A DNA stretch of 64,000 nucleotides from Malacoraja senta (taxonomy: Eukaryota), in contig CM075991.1 in the NCBI GenBank assembly GCA_038087875.1, positions 13,766,001 to 13,830,000 on the forward strand, in the 5' to 3' direction. The notes below the pieces were generated by a model. The model was not told the origin of the DNA. It searched no databases and saw only the letters and a list, made by a program, of their open reading frames with translations. A program made the position numbers and the translations under genes. Shown here piece by piece: positions 25,494 to 37,525 of the stretch; positions within the stretch are counted from its first letter, which is position 1; every line of letters begins with the position of its first letter.

Positions 25494-28400
25494 CTGAAAG
25501 AAAACAAAGCACAAACGTAGATTGTTAGCCAGTTATTCCATTGTGGTTTCATGTGTTGAGTCCTTAACAAGTTGAAGTAGAACTCGTCCCACCCCCGTCA
25601 TTCCTTCTTCTCCCTGCACGAACAGCTTCTTCCCCTCTGTTATTTTACATTGATTGTATTTATAGACAATAGGTGCAGGAGTAGGCCATTCGGCCCTTCG
25701 AGCCAGCACCGCCATTCAATGTGATCATGGCTGATCATCCCCAATCAGTACCTCGTTCCTGCCTTCTCCCCTGACTCCGCTATTTTTAAGGGCCTTTAAG
25801 ATCTTTAAGTATTTATGTATATAGTATTATCTGATCTTATCGGATAACATGCAAAGCAAAGCTTTTCACTGTACCTCGTGACACCAGTGAACCTAAACCT
25901 TCGTTGTAAACCAGCATCTGCAGTTCCTTCTTACACATTAAACCTAAAGAGGCAGCTCTGTTGAGACCATAAATATCCATAGGATTAGTTTAGAGATACG
26001 GCGCAGAAACAGGCCCTTCGGCCCACCGAGTCTATGTCGACCAGCGATCTGCGCACATTAACACCATCCTACACACAGTAAGGCAATATACAGGGGGACA
26101 GGCAGCATCTCTGGAGAGAAGGAATGGGTCTCGGCCCGAAAACGTCACCCACTCCTTCTCTCCACAGATGCTGCCTGTCCCGCTGAGTTTCTCGAGCATT
26201 TTGTGTCTATCTTTGATTTAAACCAGCATCTGCAGTTCCTTCTACGCAGGGACAATTTACACTTATAACAAGCCTATTAACCTAGTTTAGGCAAACACTT
26301 CTTCGTCACCTCCTCAGGCAGCGCGTTCCAGATTCCACCCATTCTGTTGGCCGCGGAGCCCAAGCAGAGCAGCCAGTGCACGGCAGAGCTGGGGGAAGGA
26401 AGCCCAGGAAGGGGGACGCCTCTGCACACACTTCTGCCTGAGCCCCGGAGACCCAGTCAAGGCTAAATTGCCACAAGTGCTGACTGCATTAGTGAGACTT
26501 ATGGATAGTTTATTCCTTCTTTGCAAGGCCCACTGCAATTCTCAGCACCCATGTAGCAGTCGCATGTGCGGCAGTTCATTGAGAGACGGAATACATGCTA
26601 TCGCCATTCAAGATGCATTTAATGCGGTTATGTTGCTGCGCTGGTTATCCATAGGACTGGGCTCACAACCCAAGGTTTTGTATGGAACGAATTGCCGAAG
26701 GAGGTGGTTGAGGCAGTTACTACCACAACATTTAAAAAAAAACTAATTGGACAGGCGCATGGATAGGACAGTTTAGAGTGAGTTGGGCCAAAGTCAGGCA
26801 GGTGGGACTAGTGTTGATGGGGTATGCTGGTTGGTGTAGGTATGTTGGTCTGATGGGCCTGTTTCCACGCTGTATCACTCTTTGACTCAAATAGCAGAGG
26901 ACAAGAATGGGCCCTTTGGCCCATCACGTCCATGCCAGCCCCCTTTTGCCCATAGGACAAATTCAATGGGTAGCCACATACAGATTACTGAAAGGCTCAG
27001 ATTGAGTGGATGTGGAGAGGATGTTTCAACTAGTTGGAGAGTCTAGGACTAGAGGTCATAGCCTCAGAATTAAAGGACGTCTTTTAGGAAGGAGATGAGA
27101 GAAATTTCTTTACTCAGAGGGCGGTGAATCTGTGGAATTCTTTGCCACAGAAGTCAGTGGATATTTTTTAGGCTGAGATCGATAGATTCTTCATTAGTAC
27201 GGGTGTCAGGGGTTACGGGGAGAAGGCAGGAGAATGGGGTTGGGAGGGAGAGATAGGTCAGCCATGATTGAACGGCGGAGTAGACTTGATGGGCCGAATG
27301 GCCTAATTCTACTCCTATCACATGATCAGTTATGACTTCATGCCTTTATGGCAATCCATCAGTCCCAATGGGATTTAGTTGGCTGTGAAGTGCTCTCCGA
27401 CACGTCAATGTGGGGGCTCAGTAACAGATCGTAGAGTCATATAGTGGAGAAACAGGCCCTTCAGCCCAACTTGCCCAACACCGCCCAACATGTCCCAGCT
27501 ACACTCATCCCACTTGCCTGCGTTTGGTCCATGTCCCTCCAAACCTGTCCTATCCATGGTAGACAAAAGTACTGGAGAAACTCAGCGGGAGCAGCAGCAT
27601 CTATGGAGCGAAGGAAATAGGCAACGTTTTGGGCCGAAACCCTTTGGGGCTCCATAGATGCTGCTGCACCTGCTCAGTTTCTCCAGCACTTTTGTCTACC
27701 TTCGATTTGCCAGCATCTGCAGTTCCTTCTTAAACACTTTGTCTGTCCTATCCATGTACCTGTCTAACTGTTTCTGAAACATTGGGATAGTCCCAGCCTC
27801 AACTACCTCCTTTGGCTGCTCGTTCCATACACCCACCACCCTCTGTGTGAAAAAGTTACCCCTCGGATTCTTATTAATTCTTTTCCCCTTCACCTTGAAC
27901 CTATGTCCTCTGGTCCTCGATTCCCCTACTCTGGGCAAGAGACTACCCGATCTATTCCTCTCATGATTTTGTACACCTCGATAAGATCGTGTTTGGGTTC
28001 CGGGTGGGCACAAGGCGTGGCACTGAAACATGCCCACGGAGATCGCTGTCAGCTCAACCACCTCAAGATATTTGGCCTTCTCTTTTGCAACGACCATGAA
28101 CTTCAAAGAGAAGCAGCAGGGAAATGAACCACGGGCTGTGGGTTGTAGAACAAGCTGTGGGGAGAGTTTCCTGTGCTAACTACCCCACCCAGTTGGTGCT
28201 GAATGAAACATGCACCGTCACATGGTATTGACGTGGAGATGGCTATCTATTGGTGTCGACTTAAGCCTCATCTTTCTGGTCACAGAGTCATAGAGTGATA
28301 CAGTGTGGAAACAGGCCCTTCGACCCAACTCGCCCACGCCAGCCAACAATGTCCCAGCTACACTGGTCCCACTTGGCCTGCGCTTGGTCCATATCCCTCC

Positions 28401-29772
28401 AAACCTGTTCTATCCATGTACCTTAGTTTTAGAGATACAGCGCGGGAACAGGTCCTCCCACACTCTAAAGACAGACAGGTTTGTAGGTTAATTGGCTTGG
28501 CATAAATGTAAAATTGTCCTTTGTGTGTGTGTGTGTGTAGGGTAGTGTTAATGTGCGGGGATCGCTAGTCGGCGCGGACCCGGTGGGCCATAGGGCCTGT
28601 TTCCGTGCTGTATCACTAAACTAAACTATTTGTTTTTGCCATGACTGAGACAAACTGCTTTTTTTTGCTGCCAGATTTAATGAGTCACTTGAATGGAAAT
28701 CTCCGCGCTGCCATGGTGGGATATGAACCCGCGTCTCTGGATCCCAATGGACAGGCGTTCTGTTTGTCGTTTTAAACATGCAAGGGTCTAACGTTGTCCG
28801 AGCTTTGGCTTTTAAACGAGGCCGGTCTGTGGGATGTGGTTGCCGTGCAGACAGAATTCAAACCAGTCTTGGCAGGGGATGGTAGGAAGGGAGATAGAGG
28901 GGGGTTAAGGGAGAGAGTGAGGTGAGTGGGCTGTGGGTGGGGGAGGGGGAGGGGGGAGGGGGAGGGGGGAGGGGGAGGTCTCGTTGGGCTGCAGGGCCTG
29001 TTTCCACGCTGCATCTCAAATACCAAAAACTAGATCTGGAATTAAAAAGCTGGTCTCAGCGTTGACGACTTGAAATCTTGTCATAAATACACCCATCTGG
29101 TTTATTAATATCATTAATGAAGAAAATCTGTAGCTATGATGTCATCTACGCAGTGTGGTCGACCTGTCAATTCTCTATGAAATGGGCCAGTGAACCACCT
29201 TGTGTGGGAAGGAACTGCAGATGCTGGAGAAACTCAGCGGGTGAGGCAGCATCTATGGAGGAAGCAACTGCAGATGCTGGAGAAACTCAGCGGGTGAGGC
29301 AGCATCTATGGAGGAAGGAACTGCAGATGCTGGTTTACACCAAGGGTAGACACAAAATGCTGGAGTAACTCAGCGGGACAGGCAGCATCACTGGAGAAGC
29401 AACAGGCAACGTTTCAGTCCGAGTCTCGACCCGAAACGTCACCCATTCCTTCTCTCCAGAGATACTGCCTGTCCCGCTGAGTTGGTCCGCCAGTTTGTGT
29501 CTATCTTCGCAGCAAACCACCCTGTTGGACACAAACCACTATTAATAGCTCAAGGTGGAGGTTCACGCCAGCTTCTCGCGGGTGGCAAGGCCCTGTCATG
29601 CCCACACTGTGTGCCCACAAGCAAATAAAAACAAGAGTTAGGGCAAATCGGGGTTGTTTTATGCTAGAGCAGCCAACACACGAGTTTAGAACAGCACCTC
29701 ATATTTGGCTCGGGCAGCTTACAACCCAGTGATCTGAACATTTACTTCTCTAACTTCAAGTAACCCCTGCTT

Positions 29773-29810
<38 letters not shown>

Positions 29811-32156
29811 CCTCCCCTTTCCCAGTTCTCCGACCAGTCTGACTGTCTCCGCCTACATTTTACCTGTGTTTGATTTGTTGCTTTCCTCTCCCAGCTAACA
29901 ATGAGCTATTCTACATTTCCCTTCATCTTCTCCCATTCCTTCCCTCCAGAGAAGTCTCTGGCGCTGTAAGGCAGCAAATCTACCTCTGTCTCCCTGTAAA
30001 TCCAAATATTATAATTATGGTCTGAAGAAGGGTCTCGACCCGAAACGTCACCCATTCCTTGTCTCCAGAGATGCTGGCCTGTCCCGCTGAGTTACTCCAG
30101 CATTTTATGTCTACCTTCGATTTAAACCAGCATCTGCAGTTCTTTCTTACACAGGGACAATTTACACTTATAACAACTATTAACCTAGTTTAGGCAAACA
30201 CTTCTTGAATGATGCGAGTGTGCAGCACTCTCCGTCACCTTCTCAGGCAGCGTGTTCCAGATTCCACCCATTCTGTTGGCCACATGGAGCCCAAGCAGAG
30301 CAGCCAGTGCACTGCACAGCTGTGGGGAAGCCAAGGGAAGCGGGGACGCACACTGCGCACACTTCTGCCTGAGCCCGGATTAACCAATTCCACGGTGGCA
30401 CCACGCTGCCTCCTGCCGCAGCCAGTCAGGCCCAGGGCCAGCAGCAATGCAGCCACGTGCCTCCAATGCAAACAGCCGCTCAAAGCCAACACGCAGCGAC
30501 TGCCAGTGATGCCGCCCCGTGCATCAGCCAAGAGCCACATCTGGCACGCAGGCGGATCCAGATGTGCTTAACCGCACTGCTGATTATGTAAGGAAACGGC
30601 GTTTAAAGACCGGCGTTTACAGCGGTATAGTTGCTGCCTCAGAGCGCCAGAGACTCGGGTTCAATCCTGACCACGGGTGCTGTCTGTACGGAGTTTGCAC
30701 GTTCTCGCCCGTGACCGTGTGGGTTTTCTCCGGGTGCTCCGGTTTCCACACACATCCCAGATGCGTACAGGTTTGTAGGTTCATTGGCTTCTGTGAACTT
30801 GTAAATGGTCCCCAGTGTGAGGGATAGTGCTAGTGTACGAGAGGGGATCGCTGGTCGGCGTGGACCAGATGGGCCGAAGGGCCTGTTTCCACGCTGTATC
30901 TCTAAAGTCTAAAAGGATAAACCTTCGCTGTGCTTATGATCTGGACACCCATATTCACAGCAGGTTCCTACGTCAATCTTAACCTCGTTGCAGACGCAAA
31001 TTGCTGGAGTAACTCAGCGGGCCAGGCGGCATCTCTGGAGAAAGTTTGAAACATATAACATTAATAAGGGTTTGGACACGCTAGAAGCAGGAAACATGTT
31101 CCCGGTGTTGGGGGAGTTCAGAACCAGGGGCCACAGTTTAAGAATAAGGGGTAAGCCATTTAGAACGGAGATGAGGAAACACTTTTTCACACAGAGAGTT
31201 GTGAGTCTGTGGAATTCTCTGCCTCAGAGGGCGGTGGAGGCAGGTTCTCTGGATACTTTCAAGAGAGAGCTAGATAGGGCTCTTAAAAATAGCGGAGTCA
31301 GGGGATATGGGGAGAAGGCAGGAACGAGGTACTGTTTGGGGATGATCAGCCATGATCACATTGAATGGCGTGCTGGCTCAAAGGGCCAAATGGTCTACTC
31401 CTGCACCTATTGTCTATTGTCTATAAAGTGGGTAGGCGATGCTTCCGGTCGGGACACTTCTTCAGACTGCTCACGCCTTTGTTGGCAAGCCTGAAGAAGA
31501 AAGCAGGTGAGATTTTTGATGTCTGAAAGGGCTTTGCTTGCTTTGATAGCAGATGGCAGCTGCTGCGACGTGCATTCCACATCTGTGCTGTGCAGTAATG
31601 GCATGCTACCATACAACAGGAACTGGATCACGCCAGGCTTCAAGCCACACGTACTGACAGGTGGTTTCGCAAGGAATGAGGGAGAGGGTGTGCTGGGTTA
31701 TGAAAATTAAAACCGGCCCGGAGACAGAGACATTGGCAGAATTCCCAATCGGACATCAAACCCCCAGTCATCTTTGGAATTCCCATTTGGAAAAGCACCT
31801 CTTCAGATCCAGCGGAATCCCCCTACCTACCCCTCACCACCTGCCCGCGACACAGAGGCCTACATCAGAGAGCCAGGCTCCCAGTTTGGGTAATGTTCCT
31901 GTCCTTGTCTATATAGAACAGAAACAGGCCCTTCGGCCCAACTCGTCCATGCCGACCAAGATGCCCATCTAAGCTAGCCCCATTCCTTCCCGTCTAAAGA
32001 AGTGTCCCAGCCCCAAACGTTACCTATCCATGACCTCCAGAGATGGTGCCTGACCTGCTGAGTTACTCCAGCACTTTGTGTATATTTTTTGTAAACCAGC
32101 ATCTGCAGTCCCTTGTGTCTGAGGGACACAAAGTGAGAGAGAGACAGAGAGACAGA

Positions 32157-32188
<32 letters not shown>

Positions 32189-32289
32189 CAGAGAGAGAGA
32201 GAGACTGAGGGCGAGAGAGACTGAGGGCGAGAGAGACAGAGAGAGAGAGAGAGAGAGACAGACAGAGAGCGAGAGAGACAGAGAGAGGG

Positions 32290-33485
32290 AGGGTGAAGAG
32301 GAGGGGGAGGGAGTGCTGCGGGATGAGGGAGAATGAAGGAGGATGGGGTAAGGAAGAGGGAACGCATGGTAAAGGAGGAGGGGAGGGGGAGAGGGGAGGA
32401 GGGGAGGGAGGGGGTGAGGGGAGGGAGAGAGGGAGCAGTGGAGGTTGGCGGAGAGTGGGGGGAGGGAGGATAATGGAGGAGGAGAATAGGGGACTGAAGA
32501 GGGAGAATGAGAAGCGTCATATGGATCTGAATTTTACAAGTTTATTTGCCATTAACCTTAAAATGTCGCCAGCTCTGCCACAGTTGGAGGCTATGGGGTG
32601 AGGTGTGGAATATTGCATTGGGGGCCCGGGGCCCAAAGGATCCCACTTGGCCTAGTATATTACTAAAACTCTCATGTTGTTTGTTTCTACGTCTGTCTGT
32701 CCATCTGCCCCCCAGAACTATGCCAAAATGGTACACGATAGCGCTACAATTTTTGAACCACCTTACTCACCATTGTCATGTGGTGTGTTTTATCAAAGTT
32801 TCGTTCAGATTGATGGTATATTTTACAAGTTATTCATATTTTAAACATTACAAAATCCAGTGAGAAAAATCACTTTGTGATGTATGTAATATAATTAGCA
32901 TATGTTATGTCTTGTGCGAGGGGACACATGCGCTGGGGGAGACTCAAGGTGGCGTTCCTGGAATAAAGAAGCTTGTTAGTTTACTCCCGTATCTGATTGT
33001 TCTTTTAAGTCAGTTCCAAGCACCCAAATACACAACACACTTGAACTTGCACTAGCAGTTAGCAGCTATGACATCACAATGGGATTTCATTTACATAAAC
33101 TGCCCGTCAGCAGTGTTCCAATGTTCCAATGTTAACAAATACAGGACTGCCAGTGCTGGAGATGGAGGGAGTGGGCGGGGGACGAGGAGAGGATTGTTCT
33201 TTAATGTTATTTAAACAGATAGAGGGAGAGGAGGGGGGGTAGGAAGGGGAGAAGGGTTATGGAGGGAGGGAGGGACTGAGGGTAGGGGAAAGGAGAGGGA
33301 GGGAGAAGTGAGGGAGGGAGTGGGGGAGGGGAGGAGGACGGGAAAGAAGAGGGAGGGTGAAGAGGAGGGAGAGGGAGTGTTGGGGGATGAGGGGAAATGA
33401 GCCGCGCCTTCGCAGTTAGGGGCTATGGGTGAGTGGTGGAATATTGCGTTGGGGGAACGGAACCAACGGGTCCCACTTGGTCTAG
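32290..33485 (+). mobile_element. Head-to-tail pair of Helitron-like non-autonomous elements
   Basis: Two similar 3' ends ...ggaatattgc...cccacttgg(c/t)CTAG|t at 32655 and 33485 with GC-rich subterminal hairpins; shared purine-rich body; no TSD seen. Confidence 0.6.
32876..33037 (+). mobile_element. 162-bp solo LTR
   Basis: TGTGATGTAT...ATACACAACA termini, internal AATAAA, 5-bp TSD cactt (32871-32875 and 33038-33042). Confidence 0.8.
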
Positions 33486-34603
33486 TATCCCCCTAAAACT
33501 TTCCCTGTCCATGCACCTGGCCAAATGTGTTTTATATGTTGACATGTTAAAGTCATCCGCAGCTCCCTGTCGGTTCCCCTGATGGGAATCGTAGCCTGCC
33601 GCTCCAAACCCACTACTAATCTGCAGTGCTGGAGTATGCTACACAGTTTTGGTCGCCCCAATTTGGGCAGCACAGTGGTGCAGCGGGGAGAGCAGCTGCC
33701 TCACAGCTCCAGAGACCCAGGTTCAATCCCGACCTCGGGAGCTGTCTGTACGTGGAGTTTGCACATTCTCCCTGTGACCACGTGGGTTTCCTCCGGGTGC
33801 TCCGGTTTCCTCCCACATCCCAAAGACATAAACATTTGTAGTATAATTGGCCCCCTTGTAAGCTACCCCTAGTGTGTGGGGCGCGGAAGAGAAAGAAGGA
33901 TAACGTAGAATCAGCGTGAATGGGTGATCGATGGTCGCCATGGGCAAGGAGGTCCACAACGTGATCACTAGATGCAGTAGATGAGGTCTGAGGAGCTACT
34001 TGCAAACCTGTGTCTAACCTTAAAGGACTGCCGGGGTCCATAGATTGAGTCGAGGGAGAAGGTATAAGGACAGGTGTTGCATCTCCTGCGGTTGCAGGGG
34101 AAAGTACCTGCACTATTCTTGTTTGTTTTTTGTGTGTACATATATAAACTATATATATGTGTATATGTACCATGTTTCCATATTCTGTTGTGCTGCTGCA
34201 AGGAAGAATTTAATTGCTCTATCTGGGACATATGACAATAAAACACTCTGGACTCTCTTGACTCCCTGGAGGCGGTAGTTTGGATGGGAAGGGGAGTTGC
34301 GGAGGGAGAGATCCCTGCGGGAAGAGGAAAGGGGACGGGAAGATTTGTTTAATGATGGGATCTCTTGGAAGGTGACAAAAATGTCAGAGGATAATGTGTT
34401 AGATGTGGAGGCCGGTGGGGTGAAGGGTGAGGACCCGAGGAATTCTTTCCAATAGGTTTCCTTTCCGCTTGGGACCCTTCTTCAGACTGACAGGACCCCA
34501 TCTTCCTCAGCCTGTCCTTGTTCTCCAGAGGTGCTGCCTGGCCCGCTGAGATAATCCAGCTCCCAGCTTGGCTGGCGTTGTGGAGAATGTGGATTGCTTC
34601 ATT

Positions 34604-34936
34604 ATAGCTCTGTCCCACAGTACGAGTTCATTCCAAGAGCTCTCCCGAGTTAAAAAAAAAATCAAACTCGTGGTAAGCATGGAGAATGAATGTAGCGGGT
34701 ACGTCGGAGCTCGGGGACGTCTCTTAGCGGCTCGTAACGCTAACGGCAGGTACTCGGGAAGACTCGCTAACGGCAGGTAAGCTCGGGAAGACTCGTGAAG
34801 ATTTTCCAACATGAGGAAAAATGTCCACGAGAGCCCCGAGTACCGACGAGTGGCCATTACCGTAAATCTCCGAGTTCGAATCAGGGCAAACTCGGGAGAG
34901 CTCTCGGAATGAACTCGTACCGTGGGACAGGGCTTT
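34604..34936. mobile_element. MITE with long TIRs (ctgtcccac family, possibly PIF/Harbinger-like); relatives near 3694-3900 and 19133-19293
   Basis: 42-bp arms ctgtcccacagtacgagttcattccaagagctctcccgagtt with 2 mismatches. Confidence 0.8.
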
Positions 34937-35383
34937 GACACTTCCAGCGCACATAACCTAAGATGGTTTCCTGCCCCAACTAATCTTTGCAAAACCATCT
35001 CAATGTCGTTCTGAATTCTGAATTCTGCCTGGGCGGAACTCAGATAAAATAGTAGACGTCACTGTCCAAGGCAGTGTCTGACACCTCGCTCAGATAGATG
35101 TAATCAGACAGAGTGTCTACGCTCACACATAGAGCTTTTGAAAACTGTGACCTGCACTCAGTTTTGTTCTCTTTTTGCACTACCTGATCTACTCATGCTT
35201 GAGATGATTTGCATGGAGAGGACGCAAAACAAAATATCCCGCAGTATCTAGACCTGCGATCTAATAAACCACAAAGGTCACAAAGTATAGAGACCCAGGC
35301 TTCATGAGGCAGCTCTTGTAAACCTCTGCCCCTTTGTTTAGTGTCGTCTATTATTGTTGCCACATGTACCGAGGTACAGTGAA

Positions 35384-35561
35384 GTGTTTAAGAAAGAACT
35401 GCAGATGCTGGAAAAGACTGAAGGTAGACAAAAATGCTGGAGAAACTCAGCGGGTGAGGCAGCATCTATGGAGCGAAGGAATAGGTGACGTCACCTATTC
35501 CTTCGCTCCATAGATGCTGCCTCACCCGCTGAGTTTCTCCAGCATTTTTGTCTACCTTCGT
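35384..35561. mobile_element. Palindromic Penelope-derived mini-element with 11-bp target duplication
   Basis: Perfect 70+70 bp inverted repeat (35420-35559); ggtacagtgaa at 35373-35383 and 35562-35572. Confidence 0.8.
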
Positions 35562-36104
35562 GGTACAGTGAAAATATTTTTTGTTACGTACTATCCAGTT
35601 AGCGAAAAGATTATACGTAATTACAATCAAGCCGTCCACAATGTACATTTACCACACAAAGGGTGTAACGTTTAGTGCAAGATAAAGGCTGGTGAAAGAT
35701 TGTCCGAGGGTCTCCAATGAGGTAGATGGGAGGTCAGGACCGCCCTCTAGTTGGAGTTTGGATGGTTCAGTTGCCTGATAACAGCTGGGAAGAAGCTGTC
35801 CCTGAATCTGGTGGGTGTGCGTTTTTTTCACGCTTCTGTAGCTCCTGCCTGATGGGAGAGGGGAGAAGAGGTGACCGGGGTGAGACTGGTCCTTGATGAT
35901 GCTGCTGGCCTTGCCGAGGCTGTATGAAGTGTAGATGGAGTCAATGGAAGAGAGGTTGGTTTGGGTGATGGTCTGGGCTGCGTCCATAATTTCCTGCAGA
36001 AATGTAGGAACAAGGCATTGCAGGAGCTAGTCCTTGATGATGAGACTAGTCCTTGGCTGTACCGAGGCAGCGTGAAGTGTCGGAGACGTTCACCAACATA
36101 TTAT

Positions 36105-37002
<898 letters not shown>

Positions 37003-37167
37003 TCATCACACTGAGAGAGCATAAGGCAGTACAAGGAATTACAAGGGCTACCAATGCCTTTGGGCACAGATAGATCACAAGCCTCTTTTACAAATGTGAA
37101 TGGCCATGTTTTTGAAACACGGGGGTGGGGGAAGAAGCAGTCAATCTTTGCTTTTAAAAGCCAGGTA

Positions 37168-37168
<1 letters not shown>

Positions 37169-37215
<47 letters not shown>

Positions 37216-37460
37216 GTCTGTCTCTCTTTCTTTCTCTCTCTCTCTCTGTTTCCGTGTCTCTCTCTGTGTCTCTGTCTCTCTCTGTCTCCCTCTCTCTCTG
37301 TCTCTCTCTGTGTTTCTCTCTCTCTCTGTCACCCTCGCTCTCTCTCTCTCTCCCTCTATCTGTCTCTCTCTGTCTCTCTGTCTCTCTCCCTCTCCCTCTG
37401 TCTGTCTGTCTCTGTCTCTCTCTCTGTCTCTCTCTGTCTCTCTTTGTCTCCCTCTGTCAA

Positions 37461-37515
<55 letters not shown>

Positions 37516-37525
37516 CACTCTCTCC
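37169..37525. repeat. (CT)n/(CTGT) compound microsatellite
   Basis: Direct inspection. Confidence 0.95.

Noticed and set aside
31555..31580. tgcacgtcgcagc on the minus strand, resembling the CPEB3 core
   Set aside because: No 5' P3 strand and no P1 or P2 partners. Other ttcacgt hits (near 16577, 22560, 44146) also lack stems.
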